Shown here: piece after piece, positions 1 through 11,400 of the stretch
Layout of the letters: every line of letters begins with the position of its first letter
Numbering within the stretch: the stretch's first letter is position 1
Assembly (NCBI GenBank): GCA_012862495.1
Contig: BLSG01000411.1
Location: 236,411 to 300,410 of the forward strand
DNA from: Thraustochytrium aureum
Lineage: Eukaryota
Direction: 5' to 3'
DNA length: 64,000 nucleotides
Program-made: the position numbers and the translations under genes
The notes under the pieces: generated by a model
What the model was told of the DNA's origin: nothing
The model's input: the letters and a program-made list of their open reading frames with translations, nothing else
Databases searched by the model: none

Positions 1-240
1 TACGACCGCTTCTTCGTGACCACGACGATGGCGCTCGACCCTGACACAGTTTGCACGGTGCTCATGTTTCTGAACGGTATCATCGTGGCGTCCAGCTTCA
101 TGGCTGCTTCGCGCGACTTGGCCGACACGAGCCCACCGCGATCATGGTTCACAACAAAGTACTTTTGCTTCCCGGTCGTCCACGACCCGCCCTTCGGGAC
201 CTGCAGAAAACCTTGCATGTCTGCCGCCGCCCTCTGCGCC
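1..240 (-). CDS. PH-domain protein, partial (runs off the left window edge; upstream exons unresolved)
   Basis: Absent from the ORF track because it has no stop in the window. My translation of the minus strand from 239 gives AQRAAADMQGFLQVPKGGSWTTGKQKYFVVNHDRGGLVSAKSREAAMKLDATMIPFRNMSTVQTVSGSSAIVVVTKKRSY, which fits the PH beta-strand pattern (GFL..K.GSW....KYFVV). An in-frame stop near 303 implies an intron upstream. Confidence 0.6.
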
Positions 241-2057
241 ACCCAGCCGAGCGCTGCTTGCTGCGCGCGCGTTTGTCCGCCTGCGTCCGGCGGTGCGTGC
301 TGTCAGCCCAACCACAGCGTGCGCACCTTTTCCAGAATCACCTGCAGCGGGCGGGCGACTCCTCGTGCGTAGCGTCAACGAGACCGCGTTGCCCGGGCCC
401 TTTCTTTGCCCCCGCGATGTCCTCGTGCAGGCAGGCCCGCACCCGAGCAGCAGGCAGCCACAGACTGCGCCGAGCTTGGGCTTTGCGTGCACCACTTGGG
501 AGTCGGGACCACTCAACGCCTCGCTCGTCCATTGTTTTCCGGCGCACACCGTCTCCAGAGGCGAGTGCCACGCTGTCGGCATTGCGCGCCGCGGAGCAGG
601 AGAGGAGAAGGCAGCCCTGTTGGTGCCGACTTCAGCTGACAAATGCCGGCGTGCGGAGAGGTAGAGGGTACGAGCTATACATGCTGTTTCTGCAGGCAGG
701 TTGCAGGTCGCGCGTCCTGACAGCAGCTCTGCTCGAACCTGTGCGGCGAGCGCTGACGCGCGCCGCACCGCAGGCTAGTGCGAGCGTCCACCTCTACTTG
801 TTCGACCGCGTTGGAGACGTCGGGGGAAAAAGTCGGTCGGTGTGGCGAGGTCCGAGGCGCCCCAAAAAATCGATGCCCAGCAAGTGCTGTCGATGCCCAG
901 CAAGTAGTACCGGTAGGAGTCTGCCCGAGTCAATCAGAAAGTCGTCGCAAGTGGTCGTCCGCCAGGTCTCGAGCGGCATCTCGGCCAGCGATGGAACTCA
1001 GCTCGTCCACATTGTGCTGCCAGCGGTGCGCGTTGGTGGCTCCAAGGTGGCTCTCGGTGACGACCTCCGTCGATCAGGATCAGGCTGTTTCGCACACAGC
1101 CGCGGACGAGGCCTTCCAGCGCCGTCCGAGCCGCTCGTGAAGGCCTCTAACAGTAGGCCTTGCGAAGACATCTACCTATCTGTTCGGCCGTCCGAGGCGC
1201 CAGCAGCCGAGGCCGAGGCGCGACTCGCCAAAGCCGCCAACTGCGGCGCCGCGCGCCGCTGCCAGTAGGACCTCACTGGCTCCAAGTCGAGCACCGGGGC
1301 CACACCCGCAAATGAGCTGATCCTGCGCTGGCACTCTTGGGGCGCTCGACGTGCGGACAAGGAGGATCCTCCTTGGTGTGGAGCAGAATCGGACATGTCT
1401 TCTGATCCACCTTGACCAGGGGCAGACTTCAAACGAGCTCTCTGGCGTGCACGGGCCGTCCTGGAGTTCCCTCGCGCAACTAACGTCGTCAACAGATCCG
1501 CCCGTCAACGCATCGGAACTCAGCGCATCGGAACTCATCGCAACGGAACGGCAATCGCTTCTTGAACTGTCCTGCTCCGCGAATAGAGTCGCGTAGAGTA
1601 CCTACTCTACTGCCTGTACTTCCTACTCCTTGTCCTACTACTTCCTCTTACTTTCCTGCGAGTCACCGTACTTTCTCCGGTACGTACTGGCATTGGCAGG
1701 ACGGCGGAGTACTTCCTCCGAGTCGTCGTTGTTTTCGTTGTTGTATGTCGTGGTCGTCGCACACCCTGGTGAAGCAGGCCTTGCCGTTCGCGCGTCTTGC
1801 GAAGTCGCGATCGCCCACGTAAGTGAGTATGTTACGCTACTTCCGACGACCAAACTCAATCAAACCCACATCCATCCGTCGCACTCGAAGCCGCATCCAT
1901 CCGTCCGTCATTTGCCAAAGCCAGGCGGCGGCTGCACGGTTTGCGCGGGCGAGCTGGAAGCCACCAGAGCCGAACAGCAGGACAGCTGGCTGGCTGTGGC
2001 TACGTACGTGTCGTTGCGCAGAGCGCTCTGGCTTTGGTGAGCCTTCTACACAGGGGA

Positions 2058-3614
2058 ATGAAGGGCGCGCTTGTCGCAGTTGTCGCGGGAGCCGCGCTGG
2101 CCAGCTCTGCAGCGGCCCAACGCGAGAGCAAGTGCCCCGACGCCTCCTGGACCAACGTAGACGACAGGTGCTACTCGCGCATCTTGGCTCGGGCTCCGTT
2201 CACAAGCGCCGGAGCCTCGTGCAATGCCTTGGCGGCAGGCGCGACGCTTGCGGTTGTCAACTCGGCAGAAGAGAACGCCATCGTCGCGACCGTAGCGAGC
2301 GGAGTCAGCTGCTGGATCGGCCTCACACGAAACCCACAAGGCACAGAGTTTGATGACTTCATCTGGGTGGACGGCTCCACATCCTCCTACCGCAACTGGG
2401 CGAGTGGGGAGCCCAACAACTCGGGCGGCACCGAGGACTGTGTGACGATCATACCTGGCGGCGGCTGGAACGATTTCGGCTGCGACATATCACAGTGCGC
2501 GGTCTGCGAGGTCGCCGCCACGTTTGCGCCATCGGCAACACCAACAAAAGCCCCCGTGACCAAGGCGCCTACACGTTCCCCAACTTTGCCGACCCCGTTC
2601 CCGACAAAGCCGCCGACGACCCTGACGCCGACGCAATCTCCCACCAAGCCGTTTGACCTCTGCACTGCAAAGGACAAGGAGACCTGGGACGCCGCCGGGT
2701 CTGACGCCTTCGACGATGACATCACAACCTGCGGGGTTGAGTGCGCCTTCGACGTCGCCACAGACGCCAAGTCGATCATTGACTGCATGACCGCCTGCTT
2801 GGCTAATCCAACGGAAGAGCGCCTCGAGGACATCACGAACACGCCGTACTCGTCTTCCTGCGCCGTGTGCTTTGGTCGCTATGCAGAGTGCATGGTCTCA
2901 AACTGCACCTGCGTTGCGGCACGCGAGACTTCGTTCGCATGTGTCCAGTGCTCGGCCAAGACTTGCGAGCCACAGTTTTCTACCTGCACAGGATTGGGCC
3001 CTGTGCCTGCCTTCAAATTCGACAACGTCAAGGAGCTCGAGAAGGACAACATCATCTTGATCGCCGCGAGCACCGGCGGTGGCGTCTTCTTGATCGTCCT
3101 TGTCACTGCTGGCCTTGCCATTTACCGTCGCCGCCACGCGAACGGTGACAATGGTAGCTCAAGCCGAGCTGCTGACGGCGAGGACTCGTTTGCAGTCGCC
3201 AAAGGCTTCAAGGTGGTGACGGATGGTAGCTCCAACAACAGCAGCAACAACCGCAAGTCGGACGGCATGATCTCCGCTTCGAATCCTCTCTTCGCCACCC
3301 CTGTTTCGACCGGCACCTCTGGATTTCCAGCAGAATTCGCGCCCCCTCTAATCCCAGCTTCGCGCGCCCCAGCCAGCTTGCCTCCTTCTCGCTTAGGGGC
3401 TGCAACCGCCCAACTTCAACCTGGCGCAACCCTTCGAGTAAAGTATGATTTCACCGCCGAGAGCGACGATGAGCTGACGGTGAAGCGCGGAGCGCTCCTG
3501 CAAGCCATCGAGGCCGTTGACGAGGTCTGGTGGATCTGCTTCGACAAGTCCACCGGCATCAAGGGCATAATCCCGATCCAGTTTTTCGAGGTTGCCGGCC
3601 CAGAAGCCATTTAA
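2058..3614 (+). CDS. Type I membrane receptor: signal peptide, C-type lectin, Pro/Thr stalk, Cys-rich domain, TM helix, cytoplasmic SH3
   Basis: ATG at 2058 (MKGALVAVVAGAALASSAAA). CTL motifs CWIGL, WASGEPNN, EDCV, GGWNDFGC. PT-rich stalk. TM IILIAASTGGGVFLIVLVTAGLAIYRRR. SH3 motifs VKYDFTAESDDELTVKRG, WW, KGIIPIQF. Confidence 0.88.
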   Translation: MKGALVAVVAGAALASSAAAQRESKCPDASWTNVDDRCYSRILARAPFTSAGASCNALAAGATLAVVNSAEENAIVATVASGVSCWIGLTRNPQGTEFDDFIWVDGSTSSYRNWASGEPNNSGGTEDCVTIIPGGGWNDFGCDISQCAVCEVAATFAPSATPTKAPVTKAPTRSPTLPTPFPTKPPTTLTPTQSPTKPFDLCTAKDKETWDAAGSDAFDDDITTCGVECAFDVATDAKSIIDCMTACLANPTEERLEDITNTPYSSSCAVCFGRYAECMVSNCTCVAARETSFACVQCSAKTCEPQFSTCTGLGPVPAFKFDNVKELEKDNIILIAASTGGGVFLIVLVTAGLAIYRRRHANGDNGSSSRAADGEDSFAVAKGFKVVTDGSSNNSSNNRKSDGMISASNPLFATPVSTGTSGFPAEFAPPLIPASRAPASLPPSRLGAATAQLQPGATLRVKYDFTAESDDELTVKRGALLQAIEAVDEVWWICFDKSTGIKGIIPIQFFEVAGPEAI

Positions 3615-3820
3615 ATTGAACATTGTGTCATGGGCTTTCTTTCTTGTGCGGAGAAGACGGAGAGGAGGCGGNNNNNNNNNNNNNNNNNNNNNNNNNNNNN
3701 NNNNNNNNNNNNNNNNNNNNNNNNNNNNNNNNNNNNNNNNNNNNNNNNNNNNNNNNNNNNNNNNNNNNNNNNNNNNNNNNNNNNNNNNNNNNNNNNNNNN
3801 NNNNNNNNNNNNNNNNNNNN

Positions 3821-3857
3821 ACGAACGAGATGTTGGCACGAACGAGATGTTGGCACG
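3821..3857. repeat. 17-bp tandem repeat (ACGAACGAGATGTTGGC) x2 abutting a gap
   Basis: Directly visible. The array may continue into gap 3672-3820. Confidence 0.8.
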
Positions 3858-4424
3858 GGCGTCAGTCCATTGATAGCCATCATGGCGTTCATGGGTGAGC
3901 CAACGAGAAGACTCGCTCTAGAGAGAGTTGTGACGGGACATCTCGGCAAGCGACGGAGGCCGCGTGCTGAGGAGCCCTCGGACCAGTCCCGAAGGGTCTG
4001 GGCTGACGACCAAAACGAAGTAGCCAAGAGCCTGGCGAATGACGGCCGTCTATTGGCGGCCTGAGGATCTATCTACTCCATGTGGTTCGTAAAACGATGA
4101 ACGAAACGGCGCAGCACCAACAGGAACGTCACTGAGCTCACCAAGTCCTGCTTGATCGGACAGTTGATCGGACACAAGGGGTGTGGGGGGAAGACAAGCC
4201 GCCAAGGTCCTATCATCGATCTCGTTTGACTTGGCCATGCACGCAGCAGACGCACAACACGCTCGAAACCGGCTTGCTGAAGAGCTCCAAGCGAATCGCG
4301 GCGACGAGCGCGGCTTGTTGTAGAATTCGCGCTAGCTAGCTAGAGCTTGTTGGCGGCCGAGATTCTCGCAGGCCCAAGGTCCGCAGGCGTGACTCTCCGC
4401 GCCGTCGGCGCTCAGCCGAGAGAA

Positions 4425-4691
4425 ATGGCGAGCCCGTACGACCCGCTGACAAAGTTCGACATCCAGCAAACGCTCCACAAGTGCACCGTGTGCGCAAGCA
4501 AGTTCTGGCGCGCGGGAGGCATGAGTGGCGCGCTCGGCGCAGCTAGCCCTGGTTCGATTTCCATGGCCGCGTGCTGCGCATCAGGGAACGACATGTGCGA
4601 CAAGTGCGATGCGGTCGTCGCAAGCGAGGGTCTCGTGGCGGTGCAAGGGCCGCGGCCAGAGGCCAAGGAAGACCGGCCCTCAAGGCTCTAA
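4425..4691 (+). CDS. Possible small Cys-rich (CxxC...CxxC) protein, perhaps a first exon
   Basis: MASPYDPLTKFDIQQTLHKCTVC...CC...CDKC. Codon usage looks host-like. No family recognised. Confidence 0.35.
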   Translation: MASPYDPLTKFDIQQTLHKCTVCASKFWRAGGMSGALGAASPGSISMAACCASGNDMCDKCDAVVASEGLVAVQGPRPEAKEDRPSRL

Positions 4692-4947
4692 GCTAACGCA
4701 TTTTCTTCTTCTTCGAGCTCTGGAGCGCGTCAAGCCTCGCGCGCGGTGCCGTGCCCACTTGTCCTGCAGGTGCGTCATGGGGAGCTCTGCAAGCCGACGA
4801 GAGAGAGTCCATCCCACTTGATTTTAGGTACAGGCAGCTTGGCAACGAATGCTCCTTCATGCTACCGCTCGCCCATGAGCGGCACGCCACGAAGATTCTT
4901 GCATGTGCTCCAATACCCAACGCGCCTTCAGCAATGTTTGTGCCGCC

Positions 4948-7773
4948 CTAGGGTTCAACGCCGGCAGCGCTTGGGGGCTGCTTTGTAGGGTCGTTAATCA
5001 ACCGATCGCGCTCGCGAGCCTCTTCAAGGATCCTGCGCGGCGTCCTAGGAGAAGGAAGGAACAGCGCTTCCGGCGTCCCGGTCGGGGCCGGCGAGGTCGC
5101 GTCTTCGCTCCCCCCTGTCGCTTGCAACCCGCTGCCGAGGACCGTCTCGGCCGCCGCTGCAGAGGCGGCTCCCTTCGCCAGATCCTCGTCGCCACGCTCT
5201 CTCGAGGTCTGCTCGATGCTCCTCAATTCAGCGACCGCCAGGGCTTCGCGCAGGTTTTGCCCGCTCACCCGCTCAATCACCTCCAGGGCCGCAATCAGCG
5301 CGGCAAGGCTCGAAAAGTCGCTCCGAAACAGCCGGCCATGCTTGAGCACTGGCGCTGCGAGAATCGATATCGTCCTCGGGATTGGAAATGCACTGAACTG
5401 CGATTCGCTCGAGGAGGACTGACGTTGAACAGACGAAGCGCGAGGGTCCAGAACAACAACCCCAGACCTTCGCTTTGCCGGGGACTCCCGCGCCTGATTG
5501 CGTTGCATCGTAAAAGCGAACCACTGCCGCGCAGTTTTCCCGTAAAGGACATAGCGGAACATAGTTGCCCACTTGCGATCGACGAGCCACGCGTGCAGGG
5601 AGCTCAGTAGCGACGCGTTAACGTCAATCAACTGGCGCTGCATCACGCTACCCAAAATCCCATTCTCTCCCAGCGCCTCGGAGAGTCGCCGGCTCATCTG
5701 AAGCTGGCGCACCGGAGCCTTCTTCAAGGGCTTCGCCTTGCCGCTTCCCGTACGGTCCGCACTGTTGGGGCCCCCGGGCGAGCTCGCTTCTTGGTCGAGG
5801 ACAACGACGTGCTGCCTCAGTCGCGTGCCCAGCTCGACCAGCGACGCAGAGTCTGGCGGGGTTCGCCTGCAAACCTCCGCAGTGATGTTGTGAAACGTCA
5901 AGCTCAGCGTGCTCAGCGTGTTCGAGTTCTTGCCTGACTGGGCTATCGCAGAGCCCACCTGCTGTCGGTTATCGATGATGCGTTCGAGCGTTGGGAGAAA
6001 GTAATCACTGGCAAGAAAGGGGTCGTACTCTGTAAGCCACACGTCGTCCACGTCGGGAACAAGCTCGAGCCCGCACAGAATCGCAAACATGCGCATAGCG
6101 CTGTCGCCGTGCTCCGCCTGCTGCCGCACAGTCGTGAACAGACGCTTCAGGTTGCGTTTGGCCATTTTCTTGGAACCATACTGCATCACGTACTGCTCCA
6201 GGACAAACTTGTCAAAGCGGCTGTTCGGCAGCCGCTTCGTGGCGTTCTTGCGGTCGCTCTCTAGTTTGGCCTGGTACAACTTGCCGATCGCCTGGTATGC
6301 TGCAGAGACGGAGACGCGGTTTCGAAGCTGTTGCTTTCCGCCTTGCATTTGCGTGAGCAGCGTGCGAAACCCAGCGAATTTGCGGTCTGCGATTGCTCCG
6401 AACATCGGGTTGAATTTGATCAGCTTGTTGTTCTTGATGAGGCTCCGCAGACGTGCGGCCCCGCAGCCCAGGGCTCTGGAACTTGAGCTCCGGGGCTCTA
6501 GCGAAGCATCTACCACGGCTTCGCCATCAACGTGCTTGGTTTCGTCGTTTATGCGCGTCACGCCCTCGAGAAGGCTTGTCAAAATCGCACAGTACTCTGC
6601 CGCATCCGAGTTAATCGACCATGTGTCGGCAATCTGAAACATGGCGTCGTCAAACATCGCCTTGGTCATCGTCGGGGCACCAAGCGTATCGTTGACCCAG
6701 TCGACCTCCGCATTCTGAATCGCTTTGGACAGCTTGATCGGCGGTGGGACAATCAAGTACTGAAACTTGACCAAGAGGTTGATATATGGGTCGCGCGCCA
6801 GGTTCCCGTCTGCATCGAGGCTCTCTTGGATGTCTACAATGGTCCAGAGCGAGTTAATCGCATTTGTCACGCTTGGGTGGTTCCGAAGCGGGGCGCTCTT
6901 TTCGAGGCGACTGACTGTATACTCTCTGAGCGTCCTGCTCGTCGGGCGACTTTGCATCTCCACTTCCTCGTCCTCGTCTTCGCGAACCTCGCCATCGATG
7001 GCGTCGTAGTTTCTTGCTTGATTTGCGTCCACGGCGTCTGAGTCCGTCTGCTCGCCGCTGCTTTTGTCGCGCTGTGCGTCGTGCTCGACCCGCGTCGAGC
7101 TTGCGTGAGCCGGCTTGCCCGACTCGGGAGCATTTGCAGGCCCCGCCGACTCTGTATCGCTCGTCTGGGATACACCAGTGCATAGCACTTGCTTTGCGTA
7201 CCTTCCTTGGGTCATCATCCACTCGCTAGCGACGCGAGTCAAGCTTGCCGAGCTGCGGCGCCCATGGGCCATCTCCACATCTCCTTCTTTCCCCGAATCC
7301 TCAGCGCGCTCCTTGTCCACGTGCGCGGCGTGGTCGGTTGACCGCCGCGAACTAATCCCAGGTTGTGCAAACCGCAATATACTGTGCTTTCTCGACGATT
7401 CAGCTCCAAGGAGTGGGCTTTGTAGTGGGTCGCCGTTGACTTCGTTGTCAGCGTCATCTTCGTCGCCACCGGAGACAGAGGAGCTGTCGTAATCTATGTC
7501 GTCTATAGCGCCTTCGTCGTCGAGCTCATTGTAGCCATCCTCCTCCAGGCTGTCTTCGTCTTCTTCAGCATGCGCAGACTCCTTGGATTCCTCTTGCACA
7601 AAGGCTGAGCTCAGCGTAGACCTCCTTGGCCCGCTGCCAATCTCTGTTCTGGAAACGCGGAGTACCCGCTCGCCGGATTCTTGCGCTTCCGTAAAGAGTG
7701 TCACGCTCACAGTGCTCGCCCTACGATTCGGTATTGACTGCAAACTGTGCGCTTCATCGCCCTCCTCCTCCAT
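4948..7773 (-). CDS. Large hypothetical protein with acidic N-terminus, EF-hand-like segment and helical domain of a kind seen in flagellated protists
   Basis: Long ORF; probable ATG at 7773 (MEEEGDEAH). Contains LDADGNLARDPY...AEVDWVND...MFQIADTW...AAEY and YQAKLESD...YGSKKMAKRNL...MFAILCG blocks. Confidence 0.7.
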   Translation of the reverse strand: MEEEGDEAHSLQSIPNRRASTVSVTLFTEAQESGERVLRVSRTEIGSGPRRSTLSSAFVQEESKESAHAEEDEDSLEEDGYNELDDEGAIDDIDYDSSSVSGGDEDDADNEVNGDPLQSPLLGAESSRKHSILRFAQPGISSRRSTDHAAHVDKERAEDSGKEGDVEMAHGRRSSASLTRVASEWMMTQGRYAKQVLCTGVSQTSDTESAGPANAPESGKPAHASSTRVEHDAQRDKSSGEQTDSDAVDANQARNYDAIDGEVREDEDEEVEMQSRPTSRTLREYTVSRLEKSAPLRNHPSVTNAINSLWTIVDIQESLDADGNLARDPYINLLVKFQYLIVPPPIKLSKAIQNAEVDWVNDTLGAPTMTKAMFDDAMFQIADTWSINSDAAEYCAILTSLLEGVTRINDETKHVDGEAVVDASLEPRSSSSRALGCGAARLRSLIKNNKLIKFNPMFGAIADRKFAGFRTLLTQMQGGKQQLRNRVSVSAAYQAIGKLYQAKLESDRKNATKRLPNSRFDKFVLEQYVMQYGSKKMAKRNLKRLFTTVRQQAEHGDSAMRMFAILCGLELVPDVDDVWLTEYDPFLASDYFLPTLERIIDNRQQVGSAIAQSGKNSNTLSTLSLTFHNITAEVCRRTPPDSASLVELGTRLRQHVVVLDQEASSPGGPNSADRTGSGKAKPLKKAPVRQLQMSRRLSEALGENGILGSVMQRQLIDVNASLLSSLHAWLVDRKWATMFRYVLYGKTARQWFAFTMQRNQARESPAKRRSGVVVLDPRASSVQRQSSSSESQFSAFPIPRTISILAAPVLKHGRLFRSDFSSLAALIAALEVIERVSGQNLREALAVAELRSIEQTSRERGDEDLAKGAASAAAAETVLGSGLQATGGSEDATSPAPTGTPEALFLPSPRTPRRILEEARERDRLINDPTKQPPSAAGVEP

Positions 7774-7920
7774 CAGCACCGCGTTCGGACTGACGGCCTT
7801 TGTCAGCCGTTCGATTCCGGTTGCCCTCGAGCACCGTGGGTAGGGCTCTGAGCCGCCAGTCGCCCTCGAGCCGCTCTGCCCTGGGCGAGATTCCACACGA
7901 TGCCCCGAATCGAGCACTGT

Positions 7921-7982
7921 CGCTGGCTGGCACGCTGGCTGGCACGCTGGCTGGCACGCTGGTTGGCACGCTGGCTGGCTGG
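7921..7982. repeat. 12-bp tandem repeat (CGCTGGCTGGCA) about 5 copies
   Basis: Directly visible. It produces the spurious QPACQPAC translation upstream of the 7773 ATG. Confidence 0.85.
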
Positions 7983-8468
7983 TTTGATGGCCGGCTGCGT
8001 GACTCAACTCTAGCCTCCAGAGCTTGGTCGAGCTTGCAGAGCTGGGGAGCTGGCCCTGCGCGCCCGGTCGCAGCAGTGCTGCTGCCTTGCTGAATGCGGT
8101 CTGTACAGCAGCCTTCTTGAGCGAGTTGTTCTGCACAAGCCTTTGTGCTCTACGTGTCAATCAAGTTCAGCAGACAGAGTACCGTTGAAAGGGCGAGATA
8201 CCGCGGCTGGCAGTGGAGCCCGCGGCTGGCAGTGGCGGCACTTTGCAGGTTCAGTCTCTGCGATCAACGTGCTCGCAGACCAAACAGACCCCCTGGGGTG
8301 CCTGAGGGGCTGGTGTCGAGGACGGCAGGCCGTGTCGAGGTCGCTTCATAACAAGGGTTCTGTTGTTACGTGAAATTGCAACGGACACAACGGACATGCA
8401 AACCAAAAACATGACGACCCTCGGCGATCGATCGATCGATCAACGTCTGCCCTCCCGCCTGAACGGCC

Positions 8469-11400
8469 TTGCCAGCGGCCAGACGCTACGCGTCCGCGAG
8501 AAAAATCCCGCGTGGCGATGGACGGGGCCGCGCCTGGGCCTCGCGGAGGAAACCGCGAAGGGCCCGCAGATGCGGCCCGTCGTGGGCAAGGTCTAACGAA
8601 CAAGGTGACACCTCTCGGACAAGCTATGCATGCCAGCACGAAGCGGTGCGGAGCGGGGCCGCGAAGGACTCCTGGCGGCACTCGGGTGACTCGGACTCGG
8701 AGTTTGAGGTGGTGCAGGACGAGAAGAAGGTTGCCCAAGACGATGACTCGGGCTGGCGTGCCCCCGATCCGCAAGTCGCACAAGCCGAACGGCTCAAGTC
8801 TGTCTTCAAAGGCGGGAAGGCGCCGTTGTGGGAGACAGGCCCGATGGATTTCGCGGAGCTCGGCACGGGTGTGACGCTCTACTTTGTTCTGCTCCGTTCC
8901 CTTGCTGTCCTCTTCGCCGTGCAGAGCCTGGTGTCCAGCTTTCCGCTCTGGGTGTTTTCCACCGGCGGGGCGATCGGATACAATGGCGTGGACATGCTGC
9001 GCGTGTCAAGAACGACGCTCGGCAACTTTCACGCCTACGACACGGCTCAGCTTCTCACTAACGTCGAGCTTGTGCTGGGCAATTCCACTAGCAATGGAGC
9101 AGGAGGCCCTGTCGGTACCGCCAACGCGACCGACCCGCGCACAATATCCTACGTGGTCTCCGGACTTGACGTACTCAACACGTTGATATTCGTGGCTTAT
9201 TTGATTTGGATTCGCCGAGCGGTAGAGCGCACAAGCCAAATCGCAGACATCCGTTTCGTGACTCCTTCCGACTTCACTATCTTCGTCCAAGACCTTCCCG
9301 CGCGGGCGACAGTTCAAGAGGTGCGAGACCACTTTAGCAAACTGTACCAGCTCGACAAGCCAGACTGGGGCTGGAAGGGCGCCTGGGGGATTGGGTCAAA
9401 GCAGCCGCGCCCCCCAGCGCAAAGGAAAATTTCTTTGTCGAAAGTGCGAGACCTCCCAGCCGCATCGTCGCTTGAGCCGGTGAAGGATTGTAGCAATACT
9501 GGCGATATGCAATACCTCGGGTCTTGGGTCTGCGAGGTCACGATGGCCCGCGCAAGCCGCGAGGTGCTGGTACGTTGCATGTCTCGTCGACACATCTTCG
9601 AGCAGATTCGTGAAACAGAGGCGCTTGTGGAAAAGTACGCGGCCGAGGGATACGCAAACGCAAATGCACAAAAGCGCGCAGAAGAGCGTCTCGAGCGCCT
9701 CGAACAAGATTTGGAGGACCTCCAGGACTGGCTCGTCGAGAAACTGGGTCGAGATGGTGGCGGGCGCGCGCCGAAAGCGAGCGCTTTTGTGGTGTTCAAG
9801 CACCAAGAGTCGTTCGAGCGCTGTGTGGAGGACTACGTCACACGCCGATGGTGGTTTCAAAACCAGCCTGTGCCCCTGCAGCTCCACGGCCACTATCCGA
9901 TTCGCGTTTCGGTGGCGGAGGAGCCAACAAATGTCAAGTGGGAAAACATCGGCGTTTCGAAAGCAGAAGCCCAGACGTGGAGGCTGCTCTCGCTTGTAGC
10001 GACCATCGTCGTCTTATTCGGAGCCTTTGTCGTGGTCTACGCATGTCAAGTCTACTTCCAAGCCCTGAAGGAGAGCTTACCAGACACGCGAATGTGCAAG
10101 ACCGACCTCCCAGCCCTGTTCGCTGGCAGCTACAGGCTCGACGAGCCCCGTTCTCAGTGGCCCGAACGAGACCCGTTTCTGGACGAACTGTGTCCCGCCG
10201 AAGGAATGATCTGGCTCACATACCCCGGCGCACACTCGGAGACGTTTCGGCTCGCAGGCGCCGCACAGCGCGTGAGCATGACCGCCCAAGACCCATGCAT
10301 TTCTCCATGTATTTATGACCCGACAACTGTGCGCTCCGTGACGAAGAAAATCGGCCGCAACCCGACCGAGTGCTACACCCTTGGCGTGTTGCAAGGATGC
10401 CCGTCTGTTGAGAGCCCGCCCCAGGCGGCAGACGAGGCCGCAATGTGCAGCGCCGATGCGCGCGCCACAAACGCAGCAGCTGCCACGGCCAAACTTCGCG
10501 ACGCCGGCATTGCTGATATGCACCGCCTCAAGGCAATCGCGCAGGCAATAGGCACCGTTCACTGCTGCGCCGCATTCGAGCTTGAAACCACCATGGCGGC
10601 GTGCTATTGTGCGCAAGAGTTGAGCCGCATCATTGACGAAGAAGGCGTGGTCCAAGCGCTGCGCAGCGTTTTTGAGCTCTCCGGCGACTCGATGTGCGCC
10701 AAGCACAACCAGAACCAGGCGATGGCGCAGGTCGTTGTCATCGCGCCCGCTGCCCTGGTCATATTGGTAAACATCGTGATCCGAGTCCTCATCCGACGGC
10801 TTGCGGAGCACGAACGCCACGAGACGATGACGCGGCAGGAGCTTTCTATTACGACCAAGGTGTTCAGTGCGCAGTTCCTCACCACAAGCGTAGTGATCCT
10901 GATCCTCAACGGCGCACTTCCGAGCTCTTCCAGCGCGGCGGCGGGCGAGCGGTCTGTCGTCTTCAACGGTCAGTATGACGACTTCTCGCGCGCCTGGTAC
11001 GTCGTGGTGGGCCAAATTGTTTTGCTCACCATGATTGCCAACGTGGTGATTCCGCACGTCTCGTTTTTATTTCGCACGGTGGTGCGGCAGAGAGTCTACG
11101 AAGCCATTGCTCGACGTAGGTGCGTGACCCAAGAGGCGTTGAACCGCGCGTACGCAGGGCCGCAGTTCCTTACGACCATGCGCTACGCGCTCATGCTCAA
11201 GACAGTGTTCGTGTCCTTGATGTACTCTGCGAGCATGCCTCTGCTCCTGCCCATCGCGGCGCTGTTTTTTTCGGTGGCCTACTGGTTCGACAAGGTTGCT
11301 CTCCTGCGGCGGTATCGCAAACCTCCAGCGTACGACGACTCTTTCGCACGTCTTGCAATACGAGCGCTGCCGGCAGCGCTTCTTGCTCATTGTGCGTTTG

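Noticed and set aside
51..1268. 405-aa plus-strand ORF and overlapping short ORFs
   Set aside because: Arg/Ser/Pro-rich with no motif; antisense to the PH-domain reading on the minus strand.
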